This document shows positions 11,538 through 24,847 of a stretch of 64,000 nt of DNA, piece after piece. A program made the translations under genes and the position numbers. The notes under the pieces were generated by a model. That model did no database searches and had not been told where the DNA came from. It worked only from the letters and a program-made list of their open reading frames with translations. Every line of letters begins with the position of its first letter. The first letter of the stretch is position 1. Origin of the DNA: Nemertoderma westbladi (taxonomy: Eukaryota > Animalia > Xenacoelomorpha); NCBI GenBank assembly GCA_032718475.1, contig JAUCBJ010003225.1, forward strand, positions 1 through 64,000, given 5' to 3'.

Positions 11538-14500
11538 TGTGATGGGATCCCTGAGTTGGCGAGTGAATCCCGACCGGTGTGTTTGTGTTTTGGAAAGTAC
11601 GCGTTGCTGCGTCCGCTAGCTGCTGAAAGGCTTGTGGTATCTGAAAGGTCGAAGGCTGATAGAATAACTGAGTTTTTAGTGGCAGTTGTTCCTAATGTCA
11701 GAATACAATAATAGCACAATCAGTATACAATAATAGCACGGTTAATGACGACGGTCTAAACCGTCTTGCTTCCACACTCAGTATAAACCAACTAAACAAC
11801 AGGGAATAAAGACAACTGTTATATTACTAACACATATGAAATATTGCTACTTAGTATTTGGCCTGGCAATGGATTCGCATCAATCAGATGGTAATCTGCC
11901 CCACCATTGGCTAATCTATTCTTCCCTCCTCTCCCTAACCTCTGTGTGCACGTGCTAGCTTTCCCCCCCCACCCCCCCCCCCCTGAGATGGCTTGTAGTC
12001 TCTCATCTCTCCCTGTGGCTGGCAGTGTATATTGCCTTCGTTGGTTGGCGATATAGCGCATCGCGTATTGCGTTCAGATTCATGTCGAGTGGTTTAGTGT
12101 TTTGGTTGGTTGGACTCGGCCTACTGGGGGTATTAGGTTTATATCCACTGCTGTTGTTATTGTCTCTGTCCCTGCCACAATGCGGCTCTATTCCCAGGGC
12201 TCTGTGGACTTGTAGTCCCCTGTGCGGCCGCATACGGTAGCGACTGCCTCCCTCGGAAGTGCACTATGTTCGAGTTTAGGTCGGCTGTATTCCGTTTTCG
12301 GTACTTTGCCTAGACTGTCCACACTATAAACTGGATCCGTTATCAACTCCGCCTCATAGTTAAGGAAGTTCTAAATCTCATCCAATCCTGGCTCACAATG
12401 TCGTAGGCTGGCCCCCCTGTATAGACTTGTAGACATTTAAGGCACTCCACCTGTGTGAGATTTTTCATAAGGATCTCATTGCTGTACATCCTCCAGAACT
12501 GTAGATATTCTTCTGGCTTGCTACCATCAAACTTAAAAGTCTCCATGGGTGGCAGCTCTATTCTAGTTTTTAGCGCATCGATGAGTGTTGCTATTCCCAT
12601 CGCTTGAATTTCCAGCACTCTTGATGGTACGGATGCAGGCTCCTTCGATGTTGACTGTGCTTCGCCTCTCAGGTTCGTCGACTTTCCCTGAGTAGGATAT
12701 ATCATCGGAGGTAACGGTCCCCTCCATATCTCAGTGTCGCATGATTCGTCGGACGTCGGATCTCGTCGGATCTGAGGGGGTTGCGATTTTTATTTTTGGT
12801 TGCTTGTATTGCGGATACAGTGATAGGGGGATGTCACCCTGCCCCCCCCCCCCCCCCCAACGGTGTTATATTTTTCGCTGGGGTAGATGTCATTATATTG
12901 GGGCCCATACACCTATCTGCAATACCCCCCCTTCCCTGGGTATGTGTTATATCCCTGCATATTATAGTCATACTGGTGTGCAGGTACCGGTATAGGCCTA
13001 GCAGGTTCTTGCCTACTCACTGGTATATAAGCCGTGACCTCCGGGTCCAATCCCGGCATTCGCGCTACCCTATCGCCTACACTATCTCTCCCAGCATGGC
13101 CTATAGTATGTGCAGTAAGGCCTACAAAGTAAGGGCAATGGCAATCTCCCGAAGTACAACCCCACTGGCCCTCCCTCTCTAGTTCAACTATCGAAGGTTC
13201 ACTGTCCGTCCTATCTCGATGTCTCTGGTTACCCATGGCAGCATCTCCTCGTTCCTTCTTGCATCCTTTGGTTTCGGCGTTATATCCACGTTCATGAGGT
13301 CTCGTATCGACGTCCTGGATGAACTCTACTGTTCTCCTTCCATTTTCCGAGCGGGCTCAACGTTCTCTCGTTTGGCTGCATACGGCACCAATGCTCCTCC
13401 CTCAACCCGGTTGTACGGCCTCGCGGATATTTGTTGCCCTTCTACTTTCCTCCGTCGTTGGAAGCCTAGGTTCACTTAACTCACCACGCGCGTTTCCCAC
13501 CAATGTCTGTGGGGCCTCTGTTGCCCCTCTCCTATCCTCCTCCGTCGTTGGGAGCCCCAGTTCACTTAACTCACAGCACATGTTTCCTACCGAATCTGTG
13601 AGACCTCTGTTGCCCCCCTCCTATCCTCCTCCGTCGCTGGGAGCCCTGGTTCACTTAACTCACCGCACATATTTCCCACCGACGTCTGTGGGGCGTTTAT
13701 TGCCCCCCCCCTCCCCCCCTCTCACCACTAACTGGTTGCGGTGGGGTGCCCGTAGCCCCACCCCACCCTTCATTTCTCACTTTGCCACCCTGCCCACGCT
13801 CCCCTCCAGTCGACACATTGCTTCTGCTCTCCCTGGGTTCATTCGCCTGCGTTTCTCTCTGCGCAATCGCGTTGCCTTGCAGGCCTCTACTAGGTGAATT
13901 ATTTACTTCGCTAACGTGTATATTAATTATACCGTCACTAGCATCACCCTGATTATTTATTACATTATTATTTGGATTATTTTGATTAATTTCACCGGGA
14001 TTATTTATTATATTGTTATTTATCGTACCACTACTAAGGATATTATTTAAATTATTTTGATTATTCGCCGTACCAAAATTTACATTATTATTATTTGTTA
14101 AAACGTTATTTCCTGTAAGAAATGTTTCTTCATTATTAGGGTTATCTACTATGGTATTATTAATATTAATGTTCCCATTAAACGTATTGTCATCCCCCCC
14201 CATCCCTCCGGTCACACCAGTTTTGTGTCTGTCATCCAGTACCTACCTGTAAGTGGGATATTAACAAATGTTTCCATTACCCCTGGTTCTTCATAAATAC
14301 TTCCCGAATCAGCTTCGCTCTCTGACAAACCCATTTTTGCCAGTTCTAGTCAGTGTTTTTGTTTCACCTGATACTGCATCAATCTCCTCAATCGGGCGTG
14401 CATATCATCCCTCATTCTTTTACCCGCTCTCTCTCTCTCTCTGTCCTCTCAACACTCTGATTGGCTAACTCTGCCTCCCTCACCTCTCGCTCTCTGCGCT

Positions 14501-15851
14501 CGTTCACTTCTTTCTCTTCCCGTTCTCTATAATTTCTCGCCACCTTCTTGGCCCTCTCTTTACACTCTCTTGCTAGCTCCCTTTCCCTTTCTAATAACGC
14601 AGTCCCCTCATCCAGATGTCTCTCTAGTTCCTTTTGGTCTAATGCAACCATGTCTAGCTGACATGCCAGATCTATCTCTAACACCCTTCTTGCTTTCGCG
14701 GAGGATGTAGCGGACTTTTTGGTTGCGACGGATTCCTGTCGCCTCTTCTAATTTTCTAATTTTGTTGTGCTTGCTAGCGTTCTTACTAACCGACGACACC
14801 GAATCTTCGGGGTTAACCTCGGATTTGGCATTGTGCGGATCCGCCCATCCCACGAATTTAATTCCCCGCGCACCCACTAGATAAGGCCCTATCTATGTAC
14901 ACTACACCATAAGGCATTACCTCAGATTGCTACAATTTGAACAGTTCTGTGGCGACCCCCCTCGCCCTCTCACTCGCCAGTTCCCCCTGCCCAAATCGGA
15001 CTAGATAGTGAAAATGTTTACTACATTCACCGAGTCTCTGGTATAACTTAGGCTGCTCTCGTCCCGCGTTGAATCGCGTCTCTCTTCTCCTCGTACTCAG
15101 CCGCTCTCCTCTTCAACGACCGAACTGTCTCTCCTCGGCGAATCCGGTGTGGTGGGCCGGTATCGCCTCCTCGCTGCCTCCCGAATCGTTTGGTCTCTAT
15201 CGCTCAGGGTGCATGGTGGGCTTCCTTCCCTCTCTGGACCTTGGGGCGTTTATTCGCTCATTGTCCCGGTGTTGGCACATTGTCACAGTTTGTTTCTTTA
15301 GTCGAAGTCGCGGTTTAGACTGTGACAGGATCCCTGAGTTGGTGAGGGAATCCCGACCAGTGTGTTTGTGTTTCGGAAAATACGCATCACCGCGTCTGCT
15401 AGCTGCTGAAAGACTTGTGGTATCTGAAAGGCTGAAGGCTGAAAGAATAACTATGTTTTTAGTGGCAGTTGTTCGTAATGTCAGAATACAATAATAGCAC
15501 AATCAGTATGCAATAATAGCATGGTTAATGACAATGGTCTAAACCATCTTGCTTCCACACACCGTATAAACCAACTAAACAACAGGTAATAAAGACAACC
15601 GTATATTACTAACACATATGTAATATTGCTACTTAGTATTTGGCCTGGCCAATGGATGCACATCAATCAGATGGTAATCTGCCCCACCATTGGCTAATCT
15701 ATTCTTCCCTCCTCTGGCAAACACTAACCTCTGTGTGTACGTGTTAGCTTTCTCTCTCCCCCCCCCCCCCCCCCCCCTGTGATGGCTTGTAGCCTCTCAT
15801 CTCTCCCTGTGGCTGACAGTGTATATTGCCTTCGTTGGTTGGTAGGTGACA
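11538..15851 (-). mobile_element. Degenerate, pol-less BEL/Pao-type LTR retrotransposon
   Basis: Diverged direct repeats 11538-~12053 and 15321-~15851 end ...TCACA on the minus strand. Internal minus-strand gag pieces: PEDSVSSVS, a coiled coil, and LPPMETFKFDGSKPEEYLQFW...YTGGPAYDIV (BEL gag/DUF1759-like). No RT or integrase seen; no clear TSD. Confidence 0.8.
12343..14877 (-). pseudogene. Fragmented BEL/Pao gag with an Asn-rich segment and a ~90-bp internal tandem repeat (x3, 13450-13710)
   Basis: Collinear minus-strand ORFs 14608-14877, 14412-14684, 13697-14215, 12913-13236 and 12343-12705. Confidence 0.7.
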
Positions 15852-16089
15852 TTATATTTGTAATGTCACCTAGCCAACTATAATTGGTAAAAAGCCACTT
15901 TCCCCATTTTCCACTGGGTGGTGCAGCGAATTGGATCCACTAACAAAATACTTGACATTCAACTGCGATTTGTCAGTGTGCAGTTTTGTACATGGTTATC
16001 ATTTATTATGCCATGACCTCTTCCATATATCACAGGGCCATCTCCTGTTTTCAACAATGACATCTCCATCTTTATTCGAAGCTTCTTTA

Positions 16090-16610
16090 TACTGGTGTAT
16101 CTAAGATTCACAAATATTCTGAGGTTTTTGCATGGCGGCGCATTGTGTAGTTTGTGGTCTTTTCTCTAATAATTGAAATAAAACTAGAGTCAACAGCCAC
16201 ATCCCATCGAATGATAAAGATAAAATAATATCTTAATTGAGGTCAATGACTTAGATAGAGATGAAGATAAACAACATCTGAAAAATCTTCAAATTAAATT
16301 CGCTGACAAAATCTCCCAAACAAATTTATGTTTCATATTTTAAATAATTGTAGACAGAGGGATCCCAAGTTTAACACTGAGGAAGGTGTTGGCATTACTG
16401 GGAAGGATGATGCAGAATTTAATTTATGCCATGATTCATGCAAGGGATGCTTCAACGACAATAGTAACAAATGGCACACCCAACAACAAATGCAGCAGCA
16501 GGAACTGGATGCTACAATCCAAGCATTACAAGCGCTGACCACATCCACGTAGCTACTGGTGCCGGACCAACTCATCACGGAGATCGCATATCCCAAATTC
16601 AGAAAAGGTA
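16090..16610 (+). pseudogene. Possible relic of an RLE-type (R2/NeSL-like) non-LTR element C-terminus
   Basis: HILNNC...HD and a downstream PD-like motif; heavily degraded. Confidence 0.3.
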
Positions 16611-18024
16611 GGATGACTTCATGGGGAAATTATGCTCAGATCATGAAGTTATCTGACTGATCCAAGTGGATCTGATTGTGACCTTTTGATTGATTTGATT
16701 GACCTTTGGATTGAGCCCAGATTTTCTCCAGAATGTGGAACATGCAGTTGGTATGCAACAGGATTCTGATTTAACTGCAAATGAATAGGTTCTGCATTAA
16801 ATATGCAATTAGCTTCGAAATCAGCAGAATATTGATGTAGATCGATTTAAACTCATCTCACAAATAATCATTCAACGATTTCTAATTATAACCCCTCGAG
16901 TAATAATAGATAATAGTATCAATAAATCAATAATAGATCACTGCCCATGCCAGTTTGGTTACGATGGATACTCGCATCTACTCAATATCGTCACTGATTT
17001 ATTTTATTTTACTAGTTTCTTCCACTCTCTTTCATAATATAACAGTTCTAAATAGTCCCTCTTTCGGGATGGGTATTAAATCACCTACGGCTTGGAACAA
17101 CAATGCTATTATCTACTGTTATTTATTTATATCTATATCATGTCATAAATATTCATTCCATAAAATCTATTTATTTAACATGGGTGGTGAATCAGTTTTG
17201 CTACAGTATTGGCAAAAAAACAAGAAGATAAACAGAGTAAAGTGTACGTGATATGATTCTGTTTGTTTGTCTGTTGTAACCGGCTGGGGATTGGGCTGGG
17301 CAGGGCTTACATCCAATGCTAACATGTGCTGTATCTGTACAATGTTAATAATGAAACAAAGTAGGAAGGCCCTTAGTAGTCAACGGGATCGGCAGCCAAT
17401 GTCGTAAATATTCATTCCGGAATATGTATTAATTTAACATGGGGTTTATCCAGTTAATTTCTGGTACAGACAAGGAGACACAGTAAATTGAAGGTGAGTT
17501 AATTCTATTGGATGTCTTGTTCGACGGCTCTGGGGTATCCCAGTGAGCGTATACAGTAAGGGCTTCCCTCTAATAATGGTAACACAATGCTATACGTAAT
17601 GTTATGAAAACCAGTTATGTGTGGCTGTCGATTTTATCGAATGTGGAATCAAGATATGCTATGATAGAAATCATGGCTTTATCTATAAAATAGAAATCGA
17701 AAAGTGTTGACTATTCTTCACTGTGGCTGCAGACTATAATCCCCTAGAACCCTTATTTAACAGAAAGTTAAATTAAATCTCTTACCAATTTACAGTTAAG
17801 TGGATATGATCATATTGACGTGGATTTATATTTATATATATTTATACACATATTGATATCTATATACACTCATCTGCAAGGTACTAATCGTTATTCCTGG
17901 GTATCAAAAATAATGAAACTGCCTCAAAAAAATGCAGCTCTTGTTGTTGGGGTGATTTATCTCTGGTAGCTCATTCAGTAAAGCATAATTCTCAAGATTT
18001 GAAAATACTAGTTTTTTCGATCTT

Positions 18025-18190
18025 GAATCAGGTTTAAATTTTCTGGCACGCAACCCAAGGCTGTTCCCATGGACGACCAGCTGTGACATATACCGACCAA
18101 TTTGAAAGGTATACTGAATTTGGGAGAAACGAAATTATGGAGACTATGGAGAAATGGACTATATAGGAAGCCTTGCAGAATCTCTTCCCA
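18025..18190 (+). mobile_element. Old RTE 3'-end fragment (second family)
   Basis: Reads HGRPAVTYTDQFERYTE...METME; homologous in inverted orientation to 19985-20090. Confidence 0.55.
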
Positions 18191-19155
18191 CTTGGTGAGC
18201 TCGTCTGACCAAAATCTCTGTCTTTGTCCACTAAATTCTCCTTAAAAACAGTTTGTGTCCGTTTAATGACTTGTCATTATTCAAACAAGTTTCTTCAAAC
18301 TAATAGTTTCTGCTATGCCAGAAAGTCGATTTCCCTATGCTTGCAACAAAAGTCAGTCCTTGTCACCTACAGTAATAAATCATAAAAGAAACGGACAAAA
18401 GGGTAAAAACGAGAGATTAAAGAGAGAAAAAAAAACAGACATTTGAGAGATTTAAACGGATATGTAAAAAACGTTTTTCTGATAAAAAATAAATATCCAA
18501 ATGTTTGATGTTCAAATGAGGACAGTTTAAACTGTGAATACCAGAATGAATGTCAGAATGAACAAACGACAAAAATACATTATAATAATGGAGGTGGGTG
18601 GTGTTCGAATAAATCTACCAACTCTACAATCTGAAGTAAATCCTATTCAGTTAGCTACAGTAAATGCGACACCCACGCTATGGATATGATATGATTGTGT
18701 GGAATGTGGACACACAAATGCGTCACAGTGTCATTCACTGCGTGGGATGATCGATTGGGAATTAATAAATAATAATAATTAAGGATATGAAGGATAAGGA
18801 ACACCAATCCACAGCCAGATCGATAACATTCAATACACACATACATTCCGTTGACATAAACAATGGAATTCTGTAACAGATCGTAATCATTAAGCAATAT
18901 GGCATTACCATACGACTAGTGCCTTTTACATTTTCGAATCCGTATCATGTGACTTACTGTCATGTTTTAACAGGTTTTTACTTTTAAATTTTAACTAATT
19001 AAAACTACCTGCTTGTCTGAGGATCTCCGCTGGGGTGTGTAATAAATAATATTTAGTAAACATTTCTCGAATGTCAATCACTGGTTGTGACTGCAAGCTA
19101 TTTTTATTTTCCTCATCCTCTGCCAAATAACAAAGTCAAATGTAGAGGGGTGAAA

Positions 19156-19960
19156 ACAGTGACTAGCAAGACCCCATGATCTTATGATACAGTGATTAGC
19201 AAGACCCCATACTTTTATGATAACAGTGACTAGCAAGACCCCATGCTCTCATGATAAAAGTGACTAGCAAGACCACATGATCTTATGGTAACAGTGACTA
19301 GCAAGACCCCATGATCTTATGATACAGTGATTAGCAAGACCCCATACTTTTATGATAACAGTGACTAGCAAGACCCCATGCTCTCATGATAAAAGTGACT
19401 AGCAAGACCACATGATCTTATGGTAACAGTGACTAGCAAGACCCCATGCTCTTATGATAACAGTGACTAGCAAGACCATATGATCTTATGGTAACAGTGA
19501 CTAGCAAGACCACATGATCTTATGGTAACAGTGACTAGCAAGACCCCATGATCTTATGATACAGTGATTAGCAAGACCCCATACTTTTATGATAACAGTG
19601 ACTAGCAAGACCCCATGCTCTCATGATAAAAGTGACTAGCAAGACCACATGATCTTATGGTAACAGTGACTAGCAAGACCCCATGCTCTTATGATAACAG
19701 TGACTAGCAGACTCCATGCTCTTATGATAACAGTGACTAGCAAGACCCCATGCTCTCATGATAAAAGTGACTAGCAAGACCACATGATCTTATGGTAACA
19801 GTGACTAGCAAGACCCCATGCTCTTATGATAACAGTGACTAGCAGACTCCATGCTCTTATGATAACAGTGACTAGCAAGACCCCATGCTCTTATGATAAC
19901 AGTGACTACCAAGAGCCCATGATCTTATGATAACATTGACTAGCAAGACCCCATGATCTT
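19156..19960. repeat. 33/34-bp minisatellite (~23 copies) with higher-order variant blocks
   Basis: Unit aacagtgactagcaagaccccatgatcttatgat; variants recur in a fixed order. Confidence 0.96.
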
Positions 19961-19964
19961 CCTG

Positions 19965-20297
19965 ATTCTACATATTTGTCACAATTTCGTTTCTCCCAAG
20001 TTCAGTATCCCTTTCAAGTTGATCTATATATGTTATGGCCGGCCGTCCACGACTACCCTTTCCATGAGTTGGTTGCCAGATAAGTAGATCTGGTATGACC
20101 TAGTCTTTACTTTGCCAGCAGTGCCCACTGAATCTTAATCTGCGTTCACGGAGGGTAGTTGATACATGTGGTATTGTACCATAAAGCTCGGCGTTTGTCA
20201 TGTGTTGTCTCCAGCTGATGTTTAGGGCTGCCCTTAGTAGTCTTGTGTAGCCACCATCAATTCGTTGTTCAAGTGATTTAGTCAGTGTCCAGTCAGG
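19965..20297 (-). mobile_element. RTE LINE 3' fragment (second family)
   Basis: WTLTKSLEQRIDGGYTRLLRAALNISWRQHMTNAELYG...RRLRFSGHCW is a typical RTE C-terminus. Confidence 0.85.
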
Positions 20298-23200
20298 GCG
20301 GATGCATAGATATAGTGAAATCATCATGCAGCACTCATCTGGAATCTGTGCATTGATTACGGTGGCTTATATCCATTTACCCAAACCTGTTGTCCAATAT
20401 TGATTTAATATACCCATTAAACTTTTCAGAATTTTCTCCACTGTAGCCAACTATGCCAGTGCATGCATTGATTCAATATTATTGTGAAAGAAATCTCTCC
20501 CAAAATTTGCTACCTTACTATATAACCATAAGCTGCTTATAATGAACTCAATATCAATATTATAGATTTATTTTTATGCAGTGTGAATAGCTAGTTCTAC
20601 TAAAGTACACACACATTCACTGAACAACAGGTAGGCTACTGCATAAAGGATACTGCATTCCACAGTGAATGCAGAAGGGGTGTGTGGAGGTGGCAGGTCT
20701 CTTACAAAAAAAAATATTTGTGTTTCTCCAACAAATGTGTGTTAGTATACAGTTGATAATACATTTTTTTGACATGCAACTGAGACTCATAAATAATATT
20801 CTTCTTGCTTATAAATTTAAAATTTTAAAATTTTAAATTTAAACTTAGAAAAATTTAACAAAATAAAAAAATTTGTTTGGCAAGAAAAATTAGACAAAAT
20901 AAAAAAATCTGTTTGGCAATCATTTAAATTTGTAATAGCCTTCGAATATGAACACAACTATGGTTTATATCAACATTATTGTGGAACATCTACCTACAGT
21001 ATGCATTCATGCACTGCCACACCACCTTGCCAATTTAAAATGCTATTTTACCGTTTTCTTAGTAGTATCCAATTGGTAACTAGTAATTCATTCATATTCT
21101 TGACGGTGGTACACCTACCAGAGAATGTTGGTGAAATAATGACTGTCACTAATAGGGATTGAGTTTACATCGACCAATGGCTGTTACCTTAAAAATCATT
21201 CATGATAATAATTGTGCTAATTTCTTCACCAAGAACAGTTTCGCAAATATACTTATCCTTTGATACCCTGGGTTCACGACAACATGAACTATATACAAAC
21301 AACTTAGATACTGCAAATAAATACATTAATAATTTCTACTACACCTTGATCCACTCTCAACAACCTCCTTAATATTATGGCCAATTATGTCTGAAGATAT
21401 CTCAGTTTTTCATTTTGATTGTACTTGATAATGGCTGAAGCCAGGCATTTCTCGTGCTTAATTGAATTTCAGAGAAGTCAAAATTATGATTGATCATCCC
21501 CACGTTTTAGATGCATCACCTGCGTCTGTGTGAAGGACTCTTCGCATTGGAGGGCCTTGAAGAGTATTTGGGGCTCGATGTCTAGTGTAAGTGGTGTTTA
21601 TGGGGTAATCAAATCCTTCATAAATGTCAATTGAGTAGCAGGAATGGTAATGACATGAGTGATTTTACTCACACATGGAAGTTATAATGGTCATTGTAAG
21701 CAGCTTGAATTCCAGCTTTCTCAGGCTGCTTGTAAATCGATCAGCAGAATTGTAAATGGCAATGGTAATACTGACAACCTATAAGTTCCACTGCTGAGTT
21801 TGGAACACTATTCTGTAAGAATATAGTGGACACGTTTAATCTTCAACCAACCACGACACCAACATGTACACTAGGACCTCTATATCGTATAGTTTCAAAA
21901 ATTCCTTTGGTGAAAATATTAATAGCTTGTTCTAGATCATATTGTAACCACAAGAAAGGTTAAGAAATCATACTGTTCAGTAAAGTCCACCTCCTAATGT
22001 CATTAATAAATGTCCTTGTTGGTTCAAAGTTCCAATTTAATTGCATAACAGATTTCCGTAATTGTGAAAGGAGTTGGAAGAAGGTGAAGGTTCCAGTATC
22101 ATTATTGGATAAAGCAACAGAGGAACAGATTGAACAGTACAAACAGGATATCTCTATTACACTCTCAGATCAATTGGAAACAGCTAGAAGCTCTAGCCTG
22201 TCACCTAGTACACCATCTGGTCACCTCTAAGATACAGCCATGTGAAGACCATACAATACAGCACAAGAAAATAATACCACCGATATATCCATGCATGCAC
22301 AATGGCTGGAGGCGTTATGTTCCCCGAATTGGAGGCAGGTGAGACAGAATTAAGTGATACATCGATATTAAGAGCAAAATTACAGGATAGAAGTTCTAAA
22401 ACAAAATTGGAGCAAGATACATATTAATCTTATCTAAAAGATTTAACAATAACCTGCAGAGGCAAGATAATAAAATTCTGGCACACATGGAAATCGGAAT
22501 CCAGGGAAAGCACCTTGCTCATCCATGCTGATCAGCTCTATAATGATTATAAGAGGCGATTTGGAATACATGAGGATAACAAAATGTCTACTGATGAGTT
22601 AATAGGCTTGAATGGATGTGAAAGCAATGGAAAAAAGAGCAAAAAACATTTTATAAATTTATATATTAAATGGGCCATTAATCAGTTACTTAAGAAAAAG
22701 GTGGTGGACAGTCAAAATCTCAGCGCTGAGCACCTACAACATGGATCTTCTGAAGAACTATTTTCCTTCTTAAGATAACATACCTGTTGATCTTACAGGT
22801 CTAATATGGAGAACTATTTGCCTGCCATCAGTTTTGTATGGAGCAGCGATTATAGGACTTCAGGTGTTGATGGTTTAGCTCTGACATGTAGGAAGACAAT
22901 GCGGTCGGTTCTTAGGATGGGTAATTATATAAGCAATAACTGTTTCCACGCACTATTACACTCTAACAATTTTGAACATCTTGGGCAAAGGAGCAGAATG
23001 AAGTGTATTTATGCCCTGTTTAACTCTGGTAATCGGAAAGTTTTTTAACTTTTCAGCACTATAATGATACAGCATCTGTTGGGACTACATGAGGAGAAGC
23101 TGTTTTCTGATTATATAGTTGACTTTAACGACCCACAAGTACAACTTAAATATTAGCTTCAAAAAAAGTTCAGAAATTTGATTTATCCCTACGGGGGATC

Positions 23201-23350
23201 ACTTCATTTATCTGTGTATAACAGATCTGTTATATTTCATGTAAAAATTATATTAGTTTTAGATAATTTAATGCCTAATTTTATGTCCAACATGTGCATT
23301 TTTCATTTATGACTTTTAACCTTGTTTGCCATATTTTATTGTTTTATTAA

Positions 23351-23706
23351 GCAGCAGCTTGGTCTAGTGGTGACATTCCTGGTCTTCCCATTAGGAAGCC
23401 CTGGTTCGATCCCTAGATGGGGCAGCACTGTTTGGGCACAGTGCTTTAAATGCTGCAGCCCAACCCTGGCTTTCATCCTTCAATGGTCGATAAATGGGAT
23501 CCAATGCAACTTGGGAAACAGAGTGGAAGGGTTTACTGTAGAAGATCACCAATGGTGGTGAACAGGCATTCCTTTAGGAAACAGAGTGGAAGGGTTTACT
23601 GTGGAAGATCACCCATGGTGGTGAACAGGCATTCCTTTAGAAAACAGAGTGGAAGGGTTTACTGTGGAAGATTACCCATGGTGGTGAACAGGCTTTCCTT
23701 GGTTTA
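23351..23706 (+). mobile_element. tRNA-derived SINE with a triplicated 63-bp 3' segment
   Basis: A box TGGTCTAGTGG, B box GGTTCGATCCC, central ctttcatccttca..ggtcgataaatggg; 63-bp units start at 23516, 23579 and 23642. Confidence 0.88.
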
Positions 23707-23777
23707 ACGTGCCTAAAAGATTCTCCCATTCTCCCATTGTTGTATTATTTGTTATTAATCAATAAAGCCACCGGAGC

Positions 23778-24590
23778 CTATAAAGCCGGATAATGAAAAA
23801 TTGCAGTTTCCAATAGCAAGTTTCCCATAAAAGTCTGAGTTTTCAGTGTAGGGCAAAGATCTTTGATTACTTTCAGTGCCTCTGTGTAGAGCACTTGTTC
23901 CTTTCCAGGGAGGAGGCAGTAAGCCACTGGTAGTGCTATATTGTGATATAAGAGTAACACTAAGTTTGTACGGAGTTCGAGTGGATGACTTGAAGGTTGC
24001 ATCTTCTAGGCAATGCAGTGAGGATTGCTTTACAGAAGATCAAGACCACCCCTAGAAGTAAATATTAGCATCTGATCAGTATGATGGATCAGAAATGGAC
24101 ATCCATCAGATTTACTCCCCATTGGGTAACTCTTGAGTTTGTCAGGAATACAAATGGAATCAGTTTATTGTAGAAGCGGAAAGTAACCCAAGCGTTGTTG
24201 TGTGATACAGCAAACTTTGTACGAAGCACCAGTAAAGGAACACATTAGGACCGCCTCTTTCTGTCAATCTTAAAACAGCAGAACCTACAATCTTATGAGT
24301 AGTTGTCAGATTGAACAGCGTTATAGTGTAGCTTGTTATCTGTTTGCATAGCCTCTATGCGCCCATGCCTGGAGCACCACATGTGTGTTTACCACTTTGT
24401 TCACAGGGACGACCATCAAATACTTTGATGGCAGATTCCAGATTTGTACTTTGTATGAGGTAAATCCTGACATTGGTATCGCTCGGAACCATCAGCCAGA
24501 CGTTTCTGTAAAATGAAGCCGTATCCTTGGCATACATATAAGATTTTTCCCTTAGTTGTCAACTCCTCCAATATTTCAGTCATTATTGAA
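23778..24590 (-). pseudogene. Mutator (MULE) transposase relic with an N-terminal FLYWCH-like region
   Basis: TTKGKILYVCQGYGF...RYQC (FLYWCH-like) and LPVAYCLLPGKEQVLY...TFMG (MULE core); frameshifted. Confidence 0.7.
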
Positions 24591-24847
24591 TAATGTATGC
24601 TACCTTTGAAACAAATTGATACAATGAATAAAAACAGAATGAATTCAACAAAAAGAAAACAGGTCTTATATAGGCCAGGTATGAAGTTAGGACAATTGCG
24701 ACCTGGACAATTGCGACCCAACAAATTTATCCAAAATCAACGATGTAATGTATATCATATATCATTATACGTAAAGTGACATGCCGACTTTAGGGCATTT
24801 GTAAACATCATGATAATTATTAAAACGACAAGGAGTTTCCCTCTCTA

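Noticed and set aside
19156-19960. CRISPR-like array (33-34-bp repeats)
   Set aside because: Units are contiguous with no unique spacers; no cas genes; eukaryotic context.
21960-23100. Degenerate LINE ORF2 (LSAEHLQHG)
   Set aside because: Only one weak motif; too decayed to delimit.
23351-23425. Functional tRNA gene
   Set aside because: A/B boxes are present but continue into a shared SINE body in four copies; no clean cloverleaf.
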